Origin: Veleropilina oligotropha
Taxonomy: Eukaryota
Direction: 5' to 3'
Length of the DNA: 64,000 nucleotides
Assembly (NCBI GenBank): GCA_048128005.1
Contig: JBEUKZ010000112.1
Location: 682,001-746,000 of the forward strand
Below are positions 1 to 12,500 of this stretch, piece after piece. Numbering within the stretch: the stretch's first letter is position 1; the number at the start of each line of letters is the position of its first letter. The notes beneath the pieces are model-generated. The model was not told the DNA's origin. It was given only the letters and a program-made list of their open reading frames with translations, and searched no databases. The position numbers and the translations under genes are program-made.

Positions 1-133
1 TTATTGAAAACAACGTATTCAGTACAGGTGAATTTGGAGTGATGCATTGGCCCAGACAGCCAGATGGCCAAAGTATTTCTCAAAAGAACATAAAACTTTT
101 AGGTCTCCTTATGAATTTTTATTAAGAAAGCAG

Positions 134-211
134 TGCCACGCTGGGCGATATCGGCGTTAATGGCTCGAGCTCTGCGAGAGACATTAAGACCGATATCACA
201 CTGGGGTGGCA
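134..211. repeat. Imperfect long hairpin with CGAG-ctctg-CGAG apex
   Basis: tgccac...gatatcgg pairs with ccgatatc...gtggca. Confidence 0.7.
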
Positions 212-493
212 GGTTAATATTTGTCATACATGCCATGAAAATCAATTGTACACCTTAAAACGGAATTGTCCGTGATAACAGGTCGTGCGGTGCTATAAAA
301 AACGTGGACTCGTTCATTCACACCTTTCATTCCATTGTTAATCCCAAGAGCTGGGCTCATTGTTTGGGTAATTACCCTGAACAATGAGGCTCCTTGCTCT
401 CCCAGTCCTATTGTTCTGATATTGAGCCCACGGTATGTATATATATAGTTATACACTAACTACCCGTTTGTGTCTTAATTTATTCACTTGTAG

Positions 494-579
494 CTACTGT
501 CCCACCAGATTGCCCTCCTCACATCTACAAATCGTTGGCCCTCAGTGTCTTAGCTAGTTTCTCCACAGACAATCAACTG
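494..579 (+). CDS. NCDN: NCDN exon ([28 protein letters not shown])
   Basis: ttgtag| ... |gtaaga; phase 1 to 0. Confidence 0.9.
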
Positions 580-3500
580 GTAAGACTTTATCAAGTTTGT
601 TAATCTACAAAATTTAAGTAGCATTTATCTAAATCAAAGATCATTCCATGATCTTTCGTGAAATGAAATGGAAGTGTGTTACAATGAAAATAGTCATAAT
701 TCCTGTTATCAATCATGATATTCATAGCCATTTGTTTATTTGTCTATTTCAAGCTTATAACCACTAGTTGACAAAAGAGAAGACCATTTTAATTGTTGCG
801 TATGTGTGTAACCTATTGACAATTAATTATTCATTGTTTTTTTAGATATTCAGATTTATCTGACATGGTACAGTCTGTACATGCCAATTTGTTTGGAGCA
901 TATGGTATACATTTGAAAGTTTCTTTGGGGATCATGCCAAAAAGTTGTTTAGGATTTAGAGCTGATAATATTTTTGCTTTATATTTATTATTATATAATG
1001 CAATGGGAAAATGTACTGTAACATTTAATTTATCGTATCTATGTTAAGATCTTATCGCAATCGTTGTTGTATCGTAACACGCACATTCAGATTATTATAT
1101 AATGGTGTTGTATATTTGCAGGCACGTCATGACCACTTTTTGAATAAAATTCCAGTATTTATTGATGTCCTTTCTGTGGAGAAGGAGTAAGTACTATACT
1201 ATGATTAAAGAAAAATCAAAGTTTTTAGCATCTCAATGGTAGATATTAAATAATACACTGATGGTCGAGGTGTGATATCCCACTATTAGATCGAGGCACA
1301 GCCGAGATTTGATGGTGATATCACGCAACGTATCATCAGTTTATTACTTGTTATAAATCCTGTTAGTATATCAGGTAGGAAAAAAGTGATATCAACACCA
1401 TCAAATATCTGATATCACCCCTAGGGGTTTATATCTAACTAAACAAGAGTCATCCGAAGAAGACATACCCCCCGGTGAAACATTAATTTGAACTACTTCC
1501 CTGCTTTTAAGTTGAAGAACGCCAAAATTAGCAAAAGGCATCAGTTAACCAACTACAGTGGATTCCGCTTATTTGCATAGCGAGATTGTCGCGATTATTT
1601 ATGCAATTAACCAGATTATGCGTTTAACCGTTTGGTAAATTTTGGAAATTGTTTTTCGCCGGAAATCAACGATGATAATTACTTGTATTTAAAATGGTTC
1701 TTTATTATATATATATATATATATATATGTCCTGGTAATAAATTTATTTGCAAATGAGAATTTGCGTAATGTATTTTTCCTTCCATGAATACAAATTGTA
1801 TATACAATATTTTGTGGTTATTCTGACTTGAAGGTGACTAGCCTGTTTCACTAGAATTGATAGATGTTTCGAAAGCGTATCATCGCATTTCATAGATTAC
1901 TATCATCTATGGTGTGAAAATTCATATTCTGAACATTTCTCTTCTGCTGAACACGTGTCGCGTTATCGGCCACCATGTTTAAAATTTAGCCTATGTTTTA
2001 ATCTCGAATCGATTTGTTTTTACAATTATTGAATAATTATTTCTAGCGATATTTAATTATTCCAGTATATTATGATATGATATAAAAAAACTAATAAGAC
2101 GTTGTCGTTTACGAAACCAAATCAAGGGAGATAATATTTTTGTAAGAAAAGACACGTTGTGTTGTTGTTGTCTTATAATTAAGTTATTTATCGGCGAATT
2201 AAGTGATGTTCACATGAATACATGTAACGGCACCTTTTACATTGATTCGTAAGCCTAATATTTGATTTTGCGTTCAGATAAACCCAAAAGTCTGTCATTT
2301 GAACTCGGGACAAAAGATTTTTAATCCAATTATCCACTTGATCGATCGATATCCGCAATCACATAATATCCCCGATTGACATCGCTCATTTCCGTAACAT
2401 TTCTGCACTGAAACGATGTTTACCGAACTTTCAGTTCCGACTTTTTCCGGAAGTAAAAATTGTTTTGAAACCCACGAGGTTGCAGAAATGGTTAAACTTT
2501 GAATGTTACTGTTGAATAAACATCTTTACGATGGCGTAGCAAGACATACTGGCAAATACGCAAGTATTTTGATCAATTTAACGATTTTATTATCAATTAT
2601 GTATTGTTTTGTCAATTATGCAGTCGAAAATTTCTTATGCAAATAAGCGAAAATCCGGTAATTATGCATGCAATTAAGTGATTATTTGGATATGATAATA
2701 ATAGTAAACTATTCTGTTCCTGCAGATTTTATGCAATTACGCGCTATGCAATTAATGTGGAATCCACTGTACTCAATACAAATTTCATAAAGATATGCCA
2801 AGCACTTTATGAGATACGCTCTAGTAAAGGAAACATTAACGATTTTACAACAAGGGCAATAACTCTGTTATTAATTGCCGCCCAACGTAGACATTCGAAA
2901 AAGTCACCAGTTCACCAACTACTGAATACACCAACCAAATTTCATAAAGATATGCCGATCGGTTTATGAGATACGCTCCAGAAAAGAGATCATTAACAAA
3001 TTTACAACAAAGGCAATAACTCTGTTATTAATAGCCGCACAATGTTGCAATTAGCAAAAGGCATCAGTTCACCAACAACTTAATACACCCAACAAGTTTC
3101 GTAAGGTTATGTTGAGCGGTGTATGAGATACTGTCTGGAAAAGATAACATTAACAAATTTACAACAAAGGCAGTAACTCTGTTAATAATCGCCGCACAAC
3201 GTCGAAACTGACAAAAGGCACCAGTTCATCGACTACTTAATACACCCAGCAAGTTTTATAAAGTTATGTTGAGCGGTGAAAGAGATATACTCCGAAAACG
3301 ATATCGATTACATACAGAGGACGGACGGACGGACAGACAGACTGGATGATCGCAAGATCCCCCCGTTTGTAACCGGGGGGATAAAAAGGGACTACATTGT
3401 GTCTTGGTATTTTGTAAAATGCATTATAGTATTGCACACAATGTCAAATATTCACATCATTCATTGTTTCCTGGATGTTGTCGTTAAATAACGTTTAAGA

Positions 3501-6500
3501 ACTTCACGAACATTTATGTATATTCAGTATGTCTCCTATCTCTCGGCAGTTTTGATCGTGAAGAAGACGAACGTGACATGTTTGACGACAGCCTGAGTTG
3601 TCTGCTCGCAGCGTCTGAATCACTGCAGGGGCGGACATGTCTGATGCAGTGTGCGGCCGTGGAGAGCCTGTGTGATATCGGCAGCAGACAGGGTCAGGGT
3701 ATGTTATTATATGCGGCCGTGGAGAGCCTGTGTGATATCTGCAGCAGACAGGGTCAGGGTATGTTATTGTTATATACGGCCGTGGAGAGCCTGTGTGATA
3801 TCTGCAGCAGACAAAGTCAGGGTATGTTATCGTTATATGCATCCGTGGAGAGCTTGTGTAATATCTGCAGCAGATAGGGTCAGGGTATGTTATTGTTATA
3901 TACGGCCGTGGAGAGCCTGTGTGATATCTGCAGCAGACAAAGTCAGGGTATGTTATCGTTATATGCGGCCGTGGAGAGCCTGTGTGATATCTGCAGCAGA
4001 CAGGGTCAGGGTGTGTTATCGTTATATGCATCCATGGAGAGTTTGTGTAATATCTGCAGCAGATAGGGTCAGGGTATGTTATTGTTATATGCGGCCGTGG
4101 AGAGCCTGTGTGATATCTGCAGCAGACAAAGTCAGGGTATGTTATCGTTATATGCGGCCGTGGAGAGCCTGTGTGATATCTGCAGCAGACAGGGTCAGGG
4201 TATGTTATCGTTATATGCATCCATGGAGAGTTTGTGTAATATCTGCAGCAGATAGGGTCAGGGTATGTTATTGTTATATGTGGCCATGGAGAGCCTGTGT
4301 GATACCTGATATCGGAATATTACATGAAGTGGCTACTGAAATGGAAGATGTACGATTAAACACAAGGTTTATGATTATGGAAATTTGTATGCATGTTGCA
4401 TAAATATAAAATGGCCTATTCATCGGTTACTACTGCTGATAATGTTTCTGGCTCGAGTCCTTTGTGTAATCACATTCTTTCGCCAGGCTACGAATGCATC
4501 TTTCCAATCGGGATGTTACTGGTTACAGTCCATCATATATTTCTTTGCAGATGATACTGTTTTGTGCTCCAACGACGAGACCATAGTTGAGTACTATTAC
4601 CATCATATTGCTGATTGGTTGATAAGAGTTGTTCACGAACACATCATAGATTTATTGTTTTTTGAAGTTGTTCATGATGAAGCAGAGAAACCAGGCATAA
4701 GTAGGCAATGAGCATTCTATTGCTGCTGTGTAATGGTTCATCAAATGTTGGAATTGTAGCAATAAACTGGTTGATTGATTGATGCCAACATTGTTTTACA
4801 ACCACTTTAACAATTTTTCAGCTGTATAGTAGTCGTGGCATCAGGTTAAATGATAGACCATTATTATTGCCTGAAGAACGCTGCTTTTAACTAATTACGC
4901 TCGTCTTTGTAGAACATGATCAAGTATTTACGGTATTATACCGTGTTCTGCTCAGCAATGGAGAAGCAGCGTGGTCGCTTCATGGAGAGAGGCTGCATCT
5001 CCTCCTCGGTCACTGTGTGCAGGAGTTCATAGAGAACAAGGTATGTGGAAGTCATCATGGAAACTGGCTGTGACATGCATCACAAATTAATTGCATCTCT
5101 CTGGTGAAATGTTGTTTTAAAGAATCCTTCTATGTACTGGGAGTCTGCATTCATAATCGTTATGCTAATGTAATCTAGGACATGTGAATATGTGATTCAA
5201 CGTTTGACTCAACCCCCCTCCCCCCCTGAAAATAACAGATTGTGTATTTGTCTTATTACTCTTCTGCTCAAGGATCGCTTGAATGTCAACTTTCTTACTT
5301 GTCTTGTATAAATTTAATGTTGATCTTTTGTATTTTCTGTCAGACCTTCGGCGCAATAAAGGTCAGCACATATTGAATGCAACTTCTATATATTATGCGT
5401 ATGAGTTTGGAAATGCATGATCTTGATCTATTTTTCAAGGTCAATTGCCTCTGTAATAGATATAGAATTTACGGACCTTTCTTTTATTCTTTAGGAACCA
5501 GAAAAATTTGAAATCTGTGATAAAATAAGAAAAATAATTTCAACAATGCCAAAGGTTTGTATTTTGACAATATTAAGTATGTTAAATGAAATCGATAGAT
5601 AAATTTGAATGATCTCTGGGAAATGAAATCTTGGTACGTGGATATATATGGTTTCTTTGGCTTATTTTGCAGAATTTTGTTATATGAACAAATAAATACA
5701 TGGAATACGTATTCATTTTATCATAATTGCATAATGATTACATCACTTTCTTTACATTCTGGATTTTAGATCATTTTTAATCTGTCAGCCTGCAATACAA
5801 CCTGAAAGAATATAATGTATACCCAATAATTTAATTTGAACATTAAGAAAAGATGATATACTGTAACTCACAATATTTTCGCGTCATTAAAATTTAGCGA
5901 ATTCGTCACAAGGGACCAATTAGCGACATGTAATTTTAGCGAAAATAGATTTCGGAAAATGTATTATTAGCAAGTTTGACAACAATGACAATTCTATTCA
6001 ATTAACTTTTCCTAATGCTCCGTATGGCTGTTAATTATCTGATTGTTACCCATTGTTATTACAACCGCATCTTGTAAAGGATGACTATTAGCAGGATGAC
6101 TAGTACCTAAGTAGGTTGCAAGTTCATTGTACAAATCGCAATGGGATTAATATAATGACGATGGTGTCGTCACGTGGGTGTAACATGTGAATTGGTACTT
6201 CAATTAATACAATTAGTATGATTACAAGTGCATTTGTTAAGTTTATTCAATAATTGTTACTTATTAAATTGCTAACGTGTTGCTATCTATGCATAATATA
6301 CTGTTACTTGCCAGTAAAGCACATCGTCAATTGACATTAAAATGGACACTCTTGTTCTTATCAAGGGAGATCATTTACAGTGAAATACTAGTGGAACTTG
6401 CGCGAAAACGAGGTTCCATGCAATACTGTTGAATAAACGTTATCTGTTGAACAGGAACTAAAGCAAAGACGTTGATATGCTCGTTTGTTTCCGCCGTTCT

Positions 6501-9500
6501 ATATATGCTGTACGATTCCCAATATTAAAGTTAATTTCATATATGCATACAATAGTCAGAATTAACCTTTACTATGGTGTTATAAGCGAATAAAATCATT
6601 TAATAAAATGATAAATAATGAATATGTTTCGGTTACTGAATTTCACTTTTGGCGAGACTAAGGAAACAAAATGGCGGGCCTACGTTTTGCGGGATTTCAG
6701 CGGACATTTCACAGAATAAAATTGAACAAACAAGTGCTGAAAATATGGTTTATTCGTACATAAATGGCAAGTATTGAAAACACATTACCCCTGAACAATC
6801 CACGATAGCTAGTTTATTAATTGCATTGCTAACAACATATTTATTTGTCACCCAACCTTCTTATATAACATGGATATAATATAAGACATATTAGCGACAT
6901 AAAATGTTAGCGAATTTTGCTTCCTCGCTAAGTTCGCCAAAATATTATGATCGCGAAATTTTCATGATTTACAGTATGCATGATTAAGTAATTGACAAGT
7001 TGATTTCACAACAATATATTTATGATATATATGCCACTTGTAATAATAAAAAGATATGAATATGATATCCGTTTTGATGTGTCGTGATGAAAATTTCTCT
7101 GATTTTCAGGTTAGTGGCGTCAAGACTCCACCATGGGTCAATCCTCTCGTGAACAGCCTTGATAGCATTCTGAGGAATAGGTTAGGTTAGTGGCATGCAT
7201 ATGGCTACATGACCATTCTATTTCCTAATTACTTATTAATTAATTTAGTATTTTTGGGGGGGAACCACCTCCAGAAAAACTCTGTTCCTTTAAGATCAAA
7301 ATATTTTCTTCAATCAACCGCGTCCACCATATGCAACTGTGTTGTTATTATTCAGTTCGTGCTTATCAAGTATCTGAATACTGAGTTGCATACTTTCTAT
7401 TAAAAATCATTATTTTCGTTTCACGAAATCGGCGACGTCTGATTGGTCAAAATGACGTCACATGGAGTTTGACAAATACTCATGTCAAACTCAACGTTTA
7501 CGTATCAAATTATACGTCGTCTGCTAGATGTTATTCGCTTCTGTGGGAGATAATCAAGTGTTTTCAAGTATTTCTTTGAGATTCAATCATATACATGAAT
7601 GTATATGACTCATTCATGTACTGTATACGACTAAACTATTCCTCAGCTTATCAAATATCTAGGTTATTTTGCACTTAGAATAACCCGTAAGGTGCACTTT
7701 AATATGACGTTATTCATTGCTTAGTCATTGTTCAGCATTGACAGGCATATAAATTTAGATATTTTTAAAAATAAAATGAAAATAAAAATGTTACCCTGCG
7801 CCTTCTCATTTGATATGTACATTTATCCTGATCGCTATGACAATATCACACTCGACTTCGTCTCGTGTCATATGTTCAAAGCTCACAGGATAAACGTACG
7901 TATCAAACTTGCCGCCCCTGGATAACGTTAATTATTACAACCGTACTGATGCAATCACAAGTTCAGTCTTGATGTGTAATTTAGCAGTTTATATTATTGC
8001 ATATTTACATCAATATTTCAATAAGATTTATTCATAGAAATAATAAAAATTTGTGAAAACAAAACTAAATTTATATTACCCAAGTCATCGTGAAGTTCTC
8101 TTACTTTTCATCAGGCCCAGACCAGAGGGAGCCAGTGTTGATGCTGTCGAGTTGCGTGGTCGATAGTTTCGGCATCTCGTCCATCCTGCCCCCGCATCTT
8201 GTGGACCCCAAGTACGTCCTGATTCTGGTTCAACTCACCTGTATCGAAGTGCGGATGTTACTGGAAGACCGGGACATACAAGAGGTGGGTACGCGGTCGT
8301 TAAGTATTTAATGTTCCTTTGAATTTTTGTGTGTATTTTTTAATCACTGTAGTGACAAATGTACATGCTTACATTCTTTGTTCAAAAGTCTGGGATTCAC
8401 TCGGACAGGATTGAAGAACAATTTCAAAACAAATATCTATGAACATCAGAATTGACCAACTTAAACATTGATGAGGTGAATACGGGCCTAATACTCCATC
8501 ACGCGTGACCACCAGAACAATTTGGATTTATCTTGCATTAACCATAGGGATAAGTCATACTCAATTATAGCTGGTAGGTTTCTGTTCTAAATTTATAGAC
8601 TTGTTCGACATTAAAATGGACGTGATTCTAAATGACCATGCTTATTTTATAGGACATTTTACCAAAACAGCTTGTTGTCTTCGACATTATGGGCTCAAAC
8701 TGTATGCCTATATGATGAGAATATGTCACGCCCTTCAGCGTAAACATTGTGAATATTTTAGGTCGAGCATCAGTCTGCTCTGCTCTGCAGCTGCTACAGT
8801 CTGTTGGAGAACATCATTGGTCACATGACCTCTGGTCCGTCCATGGACTTGGAGGAATCTCAGATGCGCAGCATTCACACCGCGATGATCGGAGCATTCA
8901 ACGCCATTATATACTACCTGAACAAAATGCGACACCAAGATATAGCACTGGTAGTGGAACATTTAATTTGGATAGCATAATATTTTTTCCATTTTCTGTA
9001 GATTTTCATGTATATTGGGTATCAATGATACCGTATCATGAATTAGTTTGCATCCAGGAGTGGGTTCATTTAATCTTATGTACGTGGAACGCCAATTTCT
9101 AATTTTGAGAAATGTTTATTCTGAAAAGATGCAGTAAATAGTTGCTATGGTAATGAGGCGGTCAAACAGTGTTTAGATATAGCTGCATCGATTTATTTTG
9201 AAATATCACTGCATATAATCACTCAAAATATATTTTTTCATGCAGTGTAAATTTACATACTACACATGTTCACAATACTTAAAACATTTCTGTGACGTCA
9301 TCTATTGTTCTGGGCAGTTGTTTATTCTGCCTATTCAATCGAAGAACAAAGCTTTGTTGGCCCAGCCGTTGAATAGTTTAAAGGCATTCATTGAATAGTT
9401 TAAAGGCATTCAATTAATACACGGCAATTAAGACTTTCATTCAACTAATTCACTCCAATTAACTACAATAGAGGTACCTGGTGGGGAATGAGGCTATTGT

Positions 9501-12500
9501 TCAATGGTGAAATGTTTTAAGTGACATAAACTACTCGATAGCGTTGAATAGTTCAGAGAAAACACTCCTGTCCTCGACAGGAGTGTTTTCTCTGAACTAT
9601 TCAACGCTATCCAGTAGTTTATCCCATACATATCATTGTTACTTGACTGCTCATTGACGTTGCTAGAGGCATGTAAAATTGTTACATATTGGTACAGTAT
9701 AGCATAATAATTACATTATTTATTACTTGAATACTGTTTATATACACTAAATGACGTTTTCATTTAATGTTAATAGCTATTGAATTAACTGATACAGAGA
9801 CCTGCTCTTTTGAACACATTTAGTCGTTGACCCTATCGATCAATCATTCAATACTATAGCCTGTCATTCAAAACATTTTGTTCTAAACTCATAGCTATTG
9901 CCAAATGTTTCATGTAAAAAGTATGGTAAAATGTGTATTCCAATTACATATGTTTCATATGTAAAGAATCATACTGATATTGCTAATTGTAACATATATG
10001 ATGATATATGCGACATATTGTACATCATAAAGTATGAGGCGATGTTTATTTAACATTTAGTTTTCTTCTTCCAGCAATCCCACTGTCTGGTCCTGGCCTC
10101 TGTAAGAACACTAGGGTCCTGGTTGGCAGAAGAGACATCTGCGCTACGCGAAGAAATCTATGATCTTTTGCCTTTCCTAATCGAAACATGGTAAAATTAC
10201 ATAATTTAAGTCCTTCAATTATATAATGTCTTAAAAATGGATTTGTCTCCGTTTATCTGCTGTGTCCGCATTTCGTGTCTACTCTGTTCAATCAGCAGTG
10301 GTATTCAAATTTGTTATTGACCACTACCGTTACATTAATTACAGGGGATACATCCCTCGAGTTGTGGGCTGTATGGTTTCATTAATTTCAATTGTTTTCC
10401 TCTGCATTATAATATTCATAACAAACACTGGAGCAAATATATAGACTATAATATAAGTTTCTCAAATTGAGTGTATGATTTAAAATATTTGTGCACAGAT
10501 AGGATTGAAATTTTCAGACTTTTATCCGCCTGTCCAATCGCAAAGATCGCATTATTAGACTAGGCAGGTCTCTTATTGATGATACTGACTAAATTATTTA
10601 TGAATAAATTATGATGAACATTGCAAAACTGAATTAGGATTTGGAATTTATGACAACATTTTCCCTCTATACCGAGTAACATTTAATTATTGTTTGACTG
10701 GTATACATGGATATACAATATTTATAAGATGTCTGTCATCTTGAAAATAAATACTGATAACAAAATCATTTTTCGTTAGTCAGGGGTCTTTTAGCTCAGT
10801 CAACAACTCTCAGAGTAATGCAACTGCTGATGGTTGCCATGACGATTCCGATACAGGAAGTAGTATCGATGTGATGCGCTTCCTGTTGCCAGGCCTGTGT
10901 CATTTGACTGCTGAAGATCATTCCAGAGGGATTCTTCTGTCTTGCGATGCTCATGTACTCCTCGGAAAATACTGTACGCGGACGTGGGAAACATTCCAGA
11001 AGAAACCATCGGATGAAATTAAAGTGCGTATGATACATACATGTGATACCTCCCGCCGGGAGTATAATTCTCCCGAAATCGGCACCCCCAAAATGGCCTA
11101 CTCCCGAAATGACAGAAATCTCCCGAAATGACAAATTCCTACCGGAATATCTTGATTTCTCCCTCAAAGCTATTTTCGCAATGTTATTTCTTATCCGCAA
11201 TAGTGTTGAAGTCGGTAAACGGAACTCGTTTAATAAGTCGTCAACTCATCAAATACAGTAGATGCTGTAACAATATACTTCTACATAAATTGTGTAGATA
11301 GAACGCGATAGAGCATAAAGATTATTGTCAAAATATTCGTTTGATACACCGTTTACCACAAGCACTCAACGTTCTTTTGTTGAAGCGTGCTTTTGTGTTG
11401 ATAGCTGTCGCGCAGTAATTTCGGGAACTATTTACGGAAATATACGAGTGTTTTCCGACTTTCATATCTCTTTATATTGCGTTACAAAATAATCTCGCAC
11501 CGGGTATTTAAATTTGTACTATTTAATACGAAGATAATTTTGGAATCAACGTTGACTTGTGATCCATTTGATGTAGGCCCGTAGTTCACAAATAATTAGA
11601 TATCAATAGAGCTAATAAAGCAAATTAATTGGGAATAAATGCTATGAAAATGTCTATTGTTTAATTACTAGCGAGAATGGCGGTTTCATCAAGAGTTTCA
11701 GTAGAGTTGCCAAATAATAGGGATTAGCGCAACTGACATGGTCTGAGCAAGAGTGATTTAATACAAGTTTGTGTTTATTGGCAAAGTACATAGCTATTAG
11801 GCCTAACCGCAAAGGTAAGCTGGATTGTCGGCAAGAACTTTTAAAAATATAAGATGATTAACGATAATCGGCTTTTTTAGGTTTAATTTTGTTATGACAA
11901 CATATGTTACTATGCTGATCAAGTAATTAAGTAATTAAGGCTGTGCATGTTGTACTTTATTGAAGATATATATAATAAGAATTGTAAATATTTAAGGTTG
12001 TATTATATAATTATTTTATGGTGTTTAATATATATATATTTAATTATAATATTTATTGGTATTGCATAAATAAAATAATATTTCATTTCTATGTTTATTC
12101 AAATAATTTCAAATATATGACGAAATCGACGATAAAATGCTCCGATAAAAATACTTCTGGAATCTCCTGGAATATTGACCCCAACCTGCTGGAATGGTAT
12201 TTTGGGTTTATCACATGTATGATGATAGATTTGAGGGGTCTACCTTCACAGTAATCCGGTATCCCGAAGTTACCAGATTGATAAACGGGTTACCACTATA
12301 TTGTTGTCAGTAATCCAAGTGAGAACCAGATATATTGTAAAAAAAATGTCTCCGAGAGTCAACTACCATATCCAGCAGACAATTAGTAATTAATTTTGGT
12401 AGCTGTTACAAAAACATGCAGGCGTGAACGAGTCAATTGTGACTTAATTAAGCGTGTCCATAATTTGCCCAGTGCATGCATTGCTGTTTGTAATATTTCA

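Noticed and set aside
1..27. Upstream NCDN exon end (LLKTTYSVQ|gtgaat)
   Set aside because: The available GT donors are phase 0 or 2, but the next exon needs phase 1; too short to support.
3504..4403. 238-aa and 250-aa repetitive ORFs (3504-4220 minus, 3651-4403 plus)
   Set aside because: By-products of the 63-bp repeat; the real coding frame is the third one (NCDN exon).
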